NCBI RefSeq assembly: GCF_018350175.1
Contig: NC_058368.1
Coordinates: 109,246,001 to 109,310,000, forward strand
Origin: Felis catus
Taxonomy: Eukaryota
Reading direction: 5' to 3'
DNA: 64,000 nt
This document shows, piece by piece, positions 26,023 through 38,567 of this stretch. Both the position numbers and the translations under genes were made by a program. How positions within the stretch are numbered: position 1 is the stretch's first letter; each line of letters starts with the position of its first letter. The notes under the pieces were generated by a model. The model saw only the letters and a list, made by a program, of their open reading frames with translations. It did no database searches and had not been told where the DNA came from.

Positions 26023-26740
26023 TTTTTTTTTTTATTTTTTTTAACGTTTATTTATTTTTGAGACAGAGAGAGACAGAGCATGAACGGGGGAGGGTCAGAG
26101 AGAGAGGGAGACCCAGAATCTGAAACAGGCTCCAGGCTCTGAGCAGTCAGCACAGAGCCCGACGCGGGGCTCGAACTCACATACCGCAAGAACGTGACCT
26201 GAGCCGAAGTCGGACGCTTAACCGACTGAGCCACGCAGGCGCCCCTATAACCTGTTGCTTTTTAAGTGCTGGCAGTTCATATTTTAAAAATCTGTATTGA
26301 GGGGCACCTGGGTGACTCAGTCAGTTAAGTGTCTGACTCTTGAATTTGGCTCAGGTCATGGTCCCACGGTCATAAAATCCAGCCCTGTGTCAGGCTCTGC
26401 GCTGAGTGTGGAGCCTGCTTGGGATTCTCTCTCTTCCTCTTTCTCTCTGATCCTCCCCCACTCATCCTCTCTCTCTCTCTCTCTACCCCCCCTTCAAAAC
26501 AAACAAACAAACAAACAAACAAACAAACAAACATTAAGGGGCACCTGGGTGGCTCAGTTGTTTGAGCATCTGACTTTGGCTCAGATCATGATCTCACAGT
26601 TCCTGATTCAAGCCCCACATCAGGCTCACTGCTGTCAGTGCAGAGCCTACTTTGGATCCTCTGTCCCTCCCTCTCTGCCCCTCCTCTGCTTGCATGCACT
26701 CTCTCTCTCAAAAATAAATACACATTTAAAAAATAAAAAA
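26023..26740. mobile_element. Can-SINEs: 26023-26245 (-), tandem 26300-26535 and 26537-26740 (+)
   Basis: The first has TSD TATAACCTGTTGCTTTT; the tandem pair is bracketed by AAA(T/A)CTGTAT. Confidence 0.93.
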
Positions 26741-26849
26741 ACTGTATAAAGTACCACTGTGCAACCTCTGATTTACAGTATAACTGTGGGTCTAGTTGGA
26801 GGGCTTGTTATTAAAAAAATTCTCTATTCAAAATAATATTTCTCCTACA

Positions 26850-27245
26850 AATATTGTATTATGGTAAAATATACATAGCATAAAATTTAACATCTTACCC
26901 AAGATTAAGTGTACAATTCATTAGTGTTAAGGACATTCACAATGTTGTGCAGTCCATCTTCAAAACACCTTTTATCTTGCAAAACTGAAACTCTACACCC
27001 GTTAAACAACAGGTCCCCATTTCCTCTCTCCCCAGCTCCTGGCAACCATTCTTCTATTTTGTATCTCTACTAATTAGACTATTCTAGATAACTCATATAA
27101 GGGGAATAATATGGCATTTGTCTTTTTTGTGACTGGCTTATTTCACTTAACACAGTATTGTCAAGATTCTTCCACATTGTGGCGTTTGACAGAATCTCCT
27201 TCCTTTTTTAGAGCAGAGTAATATTCCATTGTATAAATTTATCAT

Positions 27246-27290
<45 letters not shown>

Positions 27291-28450
27291 GTAGACTATG
27301 GATATGTGGGTTGCTTCCATCTCTTGGCTGTTGTAAATAATGCTACCATGAACATGGGTGTACAAAATTATATTTCCTAAAATGCTGTCACAAGGCATTA
27401 GTTTTTCCTCAGTGACATTGATGTCCCAAACCTGACTTCAAACTCTCTCATAGCAAAGATTATAAAATAATGTGTTTGAAAGACCTTTATTAATGTAGAA
27501 CTCCCTACAAAAGTTAATTATTTTAATGTTCTGTGCAGGAGGAGAGCTCCAAGTAATTTTTGTTGGTATTCCACCTTCACAGAAGTGGAGCATAGTCCCC
27601 CTGAAGTGTGGGACACATGGTGACTTCATTTTAAAGAATATATTATGGGAAGGAGATTATAAGAAGAGTAACTTTGAAATGGAGAAACCTGGTAAACCTC
27701 AACCAGGTGACCAGGGTCAACGTTAGTGATAAGTCACGTTAATAGAATCCACCCTTAATGTGATGTGATGAGAAGGGCATTTTATCTCTGGTCTTCCTCC
27801 TCAAATCCCATAACCTCTATGTAACTGTGAGGAAAACATCATACATATCCAAATTGAAATGGAAAATACCTGACCAATGCTCCTTAAAATTGTCAAGGTC
27901 ATCAAAAAGAAGCAATGTCTGAGAAAGTGTCACAGGAGTCAAAGGAGTCCAACCATGGTGACTAAATGTAATGTGGTATCCTGGGTGAAATCCAGGAACA
28001 GAAAAAGGACAGTAGGTAAAACTAAGGAAACTCCAAAAAACAGTGGAATCTAGTAAGGTGCCAATGTCGGTTCCTCAGTTATGACAAATGTACTATAGTA
28101 ATGTGCACAATAGAGAAAACTGGGTGCAGGGTGCACAGGAACTCTACATAACATTGCTGCAACTTTTCTGCAAGTCCAACACTATTTAAAATAAAAAGTT
28201 TATTAAAAATAACATTGCATGGGTGCTTGGGTGGCTCAGTTAAGCGTCCGACTTTGGGTCAGGTCATGATCTTAAGGTTCATGAGTTGGAGCCCCACTTC
28301 AGGCTCTGTGCTGACAGCTCAGAGCCTGGAGCCTGCTTTGGATTCTGTGTCTCCCTCTCTTGCTGTCCCTCCCCTGCTTACTCTCTCCCTCTCTCTCTCT
28401 CCCTTTCTCTCTCTCAAAAATAAACATTTAAAAAAATAACATTGCAAGTT
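26850..28450. mobile_element. Old L1 3' ends (26850-27370 antisense with (CA)n; 27560-28210 sense) and a Can-SINE 28220-28435 (+)
   Basis: L1MB/MC-type 3'UTR phrases; SINE TSD AAAAATAACATTGCA. Confidence 0.8.
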
Positions 28451-29779
28451 GAAAAAAGTTAATGATTTTTTTCTATTATTATTAAAAATATTTTGCATCC
28501 TATAAATGTGCACTTGGGACCTTTTTACTGGACTGTGAGCTCCTTGAGGATAAAGATTTTATTTAATTGATCTCTATGCCCTCAAGGATTAGCCTATTAT
28601 TGTAGACACTCAAAAAAAAAAAACTGAATGAAGAAGCAGGCACGTGGTGGTGTTAGTTGAACAAATTAACAGGAATATTATGGAAATTCAAGGAGTCCAT
28701 TCTCTGAGGCTGGGACTCTGACATAATGGGCTCTGACAAAATGGGCAGACTCCTAGGGAAAAAAAGCAAAACTTTAAGGCTCTGCTATAGACATCACGTC
28801 AATGTGAATGACCATGGCATTTTAAAAAACGCCACATTATTTTAGAAGAATAGAAAATAAGCAACCAGTGCTTGGAATTTTTAAAAATTATCAGTAATTA
28901 TGTAAAAGGACTTTGAATAGTGCTGAAAAGTTGTATTCATGGGTAACATCCAAATTTTTGCCGTAAAATCTTTATCTCTATTAGTGGTTTCCAAATTGGC
29001 AACCTGCTTTTTTTAAAAAAAAAACCTGGTAATTGTGGTTTTTACTAACTATGTAGTCATTTAAGGTCAAATGATTTTTCTATGAACTGATTCTAATCAA
29101 TCAACTGGGCATGATGCCACACATTTTTTGTGGTGACTAAATGTGAAATGATAGCATCTTTTTTTTTTTTTGACCATATTCTAACCTCCATGCTTTCAAT
29201 CCCGAAGCATATCTTTAAAATAATTCTTTTATTGAATAAATAACATTATAGGAAGAGAAACACAGAACTTCATCAATATAGCAATTCTCAGTATTTTGAT
29301 GACCTCTTCCAATCTTTACTGATACATAGATAGCTTTACAAAGTTGTAATCAATGAATATGTGCCACTTGTGTTTATCTTTTTTGCTTATTGATACCTCC
29401 CTTTCATGTATCTAGTTATTATCTTCAAGGTTACCTGCTAATAGATGAAATTGATGTCTACAGTTTACTTCCCCATTGGATCGTTTCTAGTCTTCCATGA
29501 CTAAAAACAATGCTACTAGAAAGCTCTGTGTATAATTTTAAAAAATATTTCCTTGTCATAAGAAACTTGTGTGACCATTCTTATAGCTCATGTTACATTT
29601 CATGAGATCACTCCTGTGAAAATAGTCAATGCACAAAAATAAATCCCTTGTATTTTTAGTGTTTTATAACTGACAAAGCACTTTCACAAAAATAACGTTG
29701 TTTAATCCTGATATCAGCACTGTGGGATAGATTTCTTTCCTTGATAGAGTTTAATAGTTTTGTTGATGTAATGAGCAAA

Positions 29780-30013
29780 ATGAACCTCCATGAAAGGTGT
29801 GAAGCAAGAAGAGGGGGTAATCAAACAGATTGATAAATATGTTGGTAAACGTAAATAAATAATGCTTGTTAAAAATAACTTATTTATGGGATTTCAAGAC
29901 AATGAGGAATAAAAATACTAAACAATGATAATGTGGGAGATGGAGTGATCAGTCGGTGCATTTCACTGTTCTTGTACTGTTTAGAAGTTTTCTAAAGATC
30001 TTAACGTTACAGT

Positions 30014-30044
<31 letters not shown>

Positions 30045-31356
30045 GAGAGAAAGAAAGAGAGAGAAAGAGAGTGAGAAAGAAGGAGGAAGCGGGGGAGGGG
30101 AAGTGAGAGAGAGAATACCAAGCAGGGTCAGCACTGTCAGTGTGGAGCCCGGTGTGGGACTTGAACTCACAAACCGTGAGATCATGACCTGAGCTGAAAT
30201 CAAGAGTCAGACACTTAACAGACTGCACCATCCAGGCGCCCCCTAGGATATTAACTTTAGATTTCAAAATAGGTATGTGAAAAATTTAAGAGTAACCACT
30301 TAAAGAACAGGAATAGAATGTACAGCTTCCAAGCCAGTAGAATAAGAACAAGAACATAAAAAAAGCTCAATCAATCCAGAAACCAGGAAAGGAGAAAAAG
30401 AAGCAAAGAAAAAGCACAGAAAGAGGTACGAGAAATATATCCAAAATTTTCAGTAATCACAGTAATTGAAAATAGATTAAACTCACCTATTAAAAGGCAG
30501 ATAGTATAAAATTATACTAAAAATCATCTATCAGCTATTTTCAGGAGACATACTTCATGCAAAATGACATTAAAGGTTGAAAAATGAGGGATAGAGAGAT
30601 ATACTTGGGGAAACACTAATCAAAAGAAAGCTAATGTATCAAAATATCAATAGCAGAAAAAGAATTTATGTCAGAAAGTACTATAAGGAAAGAGATTCAC
30701 TAATAAGTATAAAATAGTATCTCATAATCATTTTATTTTTCATCTCATCAATTATGATACAAGCAAAATAAAACATTCTCCAGTAATAATTTACTGAGAA
30801 ATAAGAACTTGACTGTTTTGCCTTTTCAGTTCTTTTCATTTTAGAGATTAATCTTTTTTTATTGCAAACCATTTCCACCCCTTTCCTAGGATTGTTTTCT
30901 TAGTTTTATAGTTTCCTACTGTTACAAAGTTGAATTTTTTTGTAATGGAATCTGGCTACTTTGTCCTATCAATTTCTTCAGCTTGCTATTTTTTCCTGAA
31001 GTATTTTTAAGTAAACTACAGGAAGCAACACACTCCATCATTAACTCCCATATGCACCTCAAAAAAGAATCGTTTTCTTACATAGCAAGATACTTTCACA
31101 TTTAATATAATGAAATGAACAATAATAAAACCTTGGTATTTAATTTCCAGACTACATTCAAATTTCCCTATGTATTCCCCAAATTCTCTTCACATCTCTG
31201 TGTGCTAACCATAATCCAACCCAGGACCATGTGTTGCTTTTTTTTTTTTTTTTTTTTTTTAAGTCTTTTACAATCTATAGCAGTCCTTTTTTTTTTCTAA
31301 TTTCTTTAATGTTTATTTATTTTAGAGAGAGTGAGACAGAGCATGAGTGGGGGAGG

Positions 31357-31398
<42 letters not shown>

Positions 31399-32335
31399 GA
31401 AGCAGGCTCAAGACCCCCAGCTGTCAGCACCAAGCCTGCTGTGGGGCTTGAACTCCCGAACCATGAGATCGTGACCTGAGCCAAAGTCGGACGCTTAACC
31501 AACTGAGCCACCCAGGAGCCCCAGCAGTCCTTGTTTTAATGACATTGATCTGAGTTCCTGGGCCAGTGTCTTTTAACACACTGCATCTTCCATATTTCCC
31601 TTTTCCATCCTTGTGGTATTACTAGCTTAATCCTTAATTCCTGTGAATTGGAAGTTAAATCTAAAGATGTGATTAGATTAAAATTATTATTATTTTTTTT
31701 CAAGTAGGCTTCATGCCCAGCACAGAGACCAACGCGGGGCTTGAACTCAAGACCCTGAGATCAAGACCTGCCCTGAGATCAAGCCCTGAGATCAAGACCT
31801 GAGCTGAGATCAACAGTCAGATGCTCAACAGATTGAGCTATCCAGACGTCCCTCAAGTTAATTTTTTTAAAACAAACTGCATGTGAGATCATGTTGGGTA
31901 CTTTGTGCTAAGATCAAAGTGGAATATAGTCAATAATGTATTAGGGTTGTATAGCAACAGATGGTAGCTACAGTTGTGGTGAGCATAGCATATAGTATAA
32001 ATTTGTTGAATCACTATGTTGTACACCTGAACTAACGTAACAGTGTATTAGCAATACTTCAAAAAAAAAAAAGATCACAGCAGGAGACATATAAAGTCTG
32101 GTAATTTTATTGCTGTTAATTCCTGGTAATTTCATTGCCAATCATTGCTAATTTCCTATGTTACTTTGAGTCATAAAATTTTCCTTTAAAAGTGGCGGTG
32201 GGGCACCTGGCTGACTCAGTCAGTAGAGCATGTGACCTTTTATCTCACTGAATTGTGAATTTGAACCCCATGTGTAGTGTAGAGATTGCTTAAAAATAAA
32301 AAATATTTTTAAAAAATAAAAAATAAATAAAAGTG
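29780..32335. mobile_element. Old L1 fragments with Can-SINEs at 30013-30243 (-), 31286-31522 (-), 31693-31852 (-), 32199-32330 (+)
   Basis: SINE bodies present; L1 endonuclease-start-like sequence near 30450; L1 3' end with poly(A) at 31920-32072. Confidence 0.8.
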
Positions 32336-33440
32336 GGGTAATTACATGTTGGGGCTTTACTTTTATTGCTGCCTGAAAAAAAAGATCTTCATCACCTGAA
32401 ACTTACAGCGTGATAAGTAAAATAAGATAGAGGTTTGCTTTTTTCTTCCTACTGATATTCAAATATCCAAGCAATACAAATGGTGGTAGTGGGGAAAAAA
32501 ATGGTCTTGGTGGTTACACAACTATTTACTTTTTTCAAAAGTCATAGAACTGTACTATGGAAAAGGAAGAATTTTAGTGTATGCAAATTTTGCTTAAATA
32601 AACTGACTGTAAAAATAGTTTCTAATCTTTATTCATCTTTAAAATTACATTTAGTTACATAAAGCATTACTGTATAATTTCAATCTGTTGTGTTCCATTA
32701 GTAACTTAAAATATGTATTATGATAACTAAGGCTTTCATGTTTCTTAGTACAGCAAGAGACTTCTTACTGATTTCCTCACTTGCATCCTTTCATGTGAAT
32801 TTTTTAGTTTATGTATTAAGTTCTGTAATGATTGTCTTGGGATTGTGTGATTGGAGGGCATTTCCTACATTTTTCTAGTTCAATAATCCAAAGTTTTTGT
32901 TCTGTTAATGCCTTCCATTATTGTTTTGCAATTTCTGTAATTTTTCCTATAGGCCCTTGCATAGGATATCCCTCCATTAACTTGGGTTCCAAAAAGCAAC
33001 ATTCATTTTTGAGTAATTTCTTTCCCTTATTTTGAACTTTTTTTATCATACAAAAATTAAAATTTAACATACAATAAGCTGTACATACTTTATACAACTT
33101 GATGACTTTGGAGATAAGTATACACCAGTGAAACCATCACCATAACCAATGCTAATGGTATATCCATTACCTCTAAAAGTTTCCTCCCACCCTCCTTATT
33201 GTTAACTTTTGTGTGATAAGAACACTTATCACAAGATCTACCCTCTCAGCAAATTTTATAGTGTTGTTATACAATATAGTATTGTTAACTAATGGCACTA
33301 TGGTACAGCATCTTGCATAACTCAATCTCTTATAAAGGTGTCTATTTTTCTGTCCGTACTTACAGGAGTGGATTTCTTTCACATCATACTTGCATACCGT
33401 TTTGTAGTTTTGTAAGTAACATCATTCGGCTTTTGGTCTA

Positions 33441-33766
33441 CAACAGTTCTCAAACTTTTGGTCTTTAACACCTCTCTACACTCTTAAAAATTACTGAGGA
33501 CCCCAAAGAGGTTTCACATGTGAGACCTATCAATACCTAATTGGAAATTAAAATTGAGGGGTTTTTTAAAACGTAATACTATACAATCACACGTTCTATC
33601 ACCCATCACTGCGATGGCGTCACCACACGTCACGTATATTAAGGCGCGAAAGATCATGAAAAAGGCAAATAACGTGTTAATATTATTGGAAAATGGTTTC
33701 GACATTAGAGGACACCGCACTCCTTTCCATTCCAGGCGTCCCGCGATCACATTCTGATAACCACCG
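33441..33766. mobile_element. Non-autonomous hAT-Charlie (Charlie1-like) element with both termini
   Basis: Left end caacagttctcaaacttttggtc...actcttaaaaattactgaggaccccaaagag; right end aaaaaggcaaataacgtgttaatattatt...cacattctgataaccaccg; degenerate inverted termini. Confidence 0.7.
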
Positions 33767-33769
33767 TTT

Positions 33770-34760
<991 letters not shown>

Positions 34761-36049
34761 GTTGATTTTTTTTTTTTTTAACACTCCCCTTGCTCCCCAA
34801 ACACACCATTCACTTCCTGACAGTTGATCCATTATAGAATTTCCTACACAAGTTATAAAATATGATAAACATAGGGCTTTCTAGGAAGAGTTTCTAAGTA
34901 TAGACTGAAGTCTAAGCATAATAAATGGGAAATGATAAAATGAAACCAATACCGTGAGGCCTAGTTTAGTTGAAAAACTATGTTGTTAGGATGCCCTTAC
35001 CTAGTCAAAATAAAAAATTGGAGCATGTACTTTGACTTTTTAAGGCCCAGAGAGTATTTAGAAATTTGAGATGGACCCTGGAGTGACATGCAATTATGGG
35101 GGAAAAGTACAGCCTGTAAGGGTGGCTTGAGAAAAAGCAGGGCATTCTAACAGAGAAGACTAAAAAGCATACAGAAAGAGGTCAGGTTTAGAGTTGAACA
35201 TTGAATGCCATACTCTTGTCTACTTTTGTTTATGTGAAAATGTTACTATTTATAGAATGCCTGTTGTGGCTCTACTTTTGTAAGGGAGCCTAAGGTTTGT
35301 AAGCACAAGCTGTCTGAATACAGATATTTTGCTTCACCATTTACTAGCTCTGTGACTGGGCCAGGGTGGCCCAAATGGTTTGTGCTTTAGTTTTCTCATT
35401 TATAAAATGGAGATAAAAAGAGTTTTCTACAGTCTAGGATTAATGTGAAAATTACTAATGTATGTAAAGGTGGTTAGTACAATACCTGGCACATAGTAAG
35501 GCCTGTGTAACTATTAGCTGTTTTTAAAAAATTGAACTTAAAAAAAGTTGTTTTGATTTTATTGAGGTGTAATTGATCCATGAAATCGTAAGATATTTGA
35601 AGGATATGTCAGGGTGACTTAATATACTGTACATTGTGAAAGGCTCACTGCTATCTAGTTAATTAACAAATCTGTCACCTCATTTTTTTTTTTTGTAAGA
35701 ACATTTAACTTCTACCGTCAGCATATTGGCAAATTATCAACTATGGTAACCATCTTTTACATTAGCTGTTGTTATTAAATTAAAGGGTTTTAATTGGAAA
35801 TTGAGGACTTTTTAAAAATAATTATTTTCGTATACCTTCTTAATTAGTAGCTTTCCCATGAACTTAAAGCAGTTATTTATTCTTTAACACAGAATCGTAT
35901 CTGTATTGTATAGATATTATAATGTCAAATTTTATCTGCATATCTTTTTTGGTTCTCTGGTAAATAGTATTTTTATAATAAATTAACATTTTATGATAAA
36001 CTTCTCTGGTTCTCTTATAACTAAATAATATAATTTTCTATTTCTTTAG

Positions 36050-36175
<126 letters not shown>

Positions 36176-36177
36176 TA

Positions 36178-36407
36178 GGGGCGCTGGGTGGCTCAGTCGG
36201 TTAAGCATCCGACTTCAGCTCAGGTCACGATCTCGCAGTCCGTGAGTTCGAGCCCCGCATCGGGCTCTGTGCTGACAGCTCAGAGCCTGGAGCCTGTTTC
36301 AGATTCTGTGTCTCCCTCTCTCTCTGACCCTCCCCCATTCATGTTCTGTCTCTCTCTGTCTCAAAAATAAATAAACATTAAAAAAAAAATTTAAAAAAAA
36401 ATTAAAT
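36178..36407 (+). mobile_element. Can-SINE 44 bp downstream of RAD50 exon 2
   Basis: TSD AAAATAAATTTTTA. Confidence 0.95.
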
Positions 36408-38193
36408 AAAATAAATTTTTATAATTATAAAAGCAATAAGTTTTATTGTAGAAAACCTGGCAGTGGAAAACTATAAAGAGTTAGAAAAGTCTATACACAG
36501 TCTAAGCATCCAGTGACACCACTAGTGACATTTTCATGTATTTTCTTCTCCTTTAAGTACAGACTTAAGTGAAGTCATACTCTAATTTTGTATTCTGATG
36601 TTTTTTCCTCACTTAATATCATAAGGTTCCATGTCATTAAAAACATTAAATTCACAATCTAGGTGTTTGGCATTTGGGTGCTTCTTTTAATCTTTACATT
36701 TTTTATATGTATGAAATATTTCCTACTTAAAACATGTCTCCTATTATGAACATTTTTAATAGTTGCATAATTTTCTTACATTTAGATTGCTGTTAGTTTT
36801 TCATTAAAATGTGCCATAATTTAAATCTTTGTGTGTGAATCTTTGTTTGAATTACAGTGTTTATACCATTACTGTATGTAAAGGACATAGAAATTTCTAT
36901 ACTACGTATTTTGGCCTATAGGTTTTTCTTGTTTTATGTATGTAGTGGTTTCATGTGCCTCTCTCAGTTATCTGCCAGCTCCTCCCTTAACAGTTCGTTG
37001 TATATTTCTCCCAGGTTTTTTTCTTTATACAAATGTATCTTTGTGTATATATATAAATACACTCAAACGTAAATATTTCAGTACACCAGTAGCATTTTAT
37101 TTTGCTGTCGTACAAATCAAATATTTAGTGACACACTGCAGATATGTTCATATATATACACACTTTTTTTTTCATTAGTTTTAATTACTAGAACTAATTA
37201 CTAATCCACTGAGTTTATATTCTGTAGTGTATTCACTTGGTTATTGATGGTTATTTAAATTGTTTCCACTTCTGTATGACTAAAGGTAACTAATTATGAA
37301 AGTATTTATAAACTTTTCTCTTAGAGATAGTAAAATCAGTACATTGAGCCCTCTATGCAATGACTATTTCATAAACTTGCAGTATACTCTCCTTACTTGA
37401 TGATCTTGGCCTATAATTTGTTGAAAAAATGTAATTTATTGAAAAAAGGGATCAGATAGAAAGTACCTCATTTTCCAATCTTAAAATCTTTCAAACTACT
37501 CTTCATTTGTATTCGTACTATTTTTTTTTTTTTTTGGTATTAAGGGTAAATTGTTTACTGTTTTATCTTAAGGTCAACCAACTCTTTGGCTTCTGGATCC
37601 AGTCAATCCCTTTTGTCAATGCAAACATTTTGCTTTTCAGTTACTCATCTTCTGCATTAGCAGTTTGTCCTTAATAGAATCAGTCATATCAGCACACTCT
37701 GGTAGCTCCTGTCTACAAACAAATAAAACCTCTCCCTTTATTCCAGATCACCTTCTGGCTACTACCTCTACATTTATAGTTAAATTTAGAAGAGGTATAT
37801 GTACTCATTGTTTTCGGTTCATTGCTTCCCATTTTCTTCTCAGCCTGTTCTGTTCAGATTTTCTTTTTTCTCCCTTACTAAAATTACTACTTACTCTAAG
37901 CTGCCAGTAGTCTTCATGTTGCCAGATAAAGTGGTCATTTTCTAAGCCACTTATCAGAAGATTTAATATAGCTTCTTAATTCCTTTTTAAAAAACATTGC
38001 TCTCTTGGCTTCTATGGCACCGTAATCTCATACCTCCTTTTTCACTGGCCATATCTTAGTCTCCTTTGCTGAGTCTCTTTTTGCCTAACTCTTCTTGGGT
38101 GATCTCATTCATTCTCATGGCTTTAATTATTTGTTATATGCGGGTGATTTCTAACTTAGATATCTAACCCAAACTTCTTTCCTATACTCCAGA

Positions 38194-38210
38194 GATAGAT
38201 AGGTAGATGA

Positions 38211-38253
<43 letters not shown>

Positions 38254-38260
38254 CAGATAC
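38194..38260 (+). repeat. (GATA)n tetranucleotide microsatellite
   Basis: About 10 perfect TAGA units with degenerate flanks. Confidence 0.95.
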
Positions 38261-38501
38261 ATTGTTTGGATATTCAATGCTCATCTCATGAATATGTTCA
38301 AAACAGAACTCATGGTTCCCTGTTCTGTTCCTTTCACATTCTCAAGCCTGGTGGTATCTCCATACTCTCAGTTTCATAAATCATATCATCATCTGTACAT
38401 TTGCTCATGCCAAAGCCTGTTGTCCTCCTTTGATTGATTCCTTCATCTTCCCCTGTTGCCAGTTCATAAACAGTTCTTAATCTTCTCAAATATGTCCACA
38501 G

Positions 38502-38567
38502 ATACTTACCTGGCAGGGGACATGCCATGATCATGAGAGTGGTTGTCCCAGGCTCATTCATTGCACT
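38502..38567 (+). pseudogene. 3'-truncated U1 snRNA retrocopy
   Basis: ATACTTACCTGGCAGGGGA...CATTGCACT aligns to U1 nt 1-72 (from memory) with 8 substitutions and a 6-nt deletion. Flanked by the direct repeat AAATATGTCCA (38488-98 and 38570-80). Confidence 0.92.
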
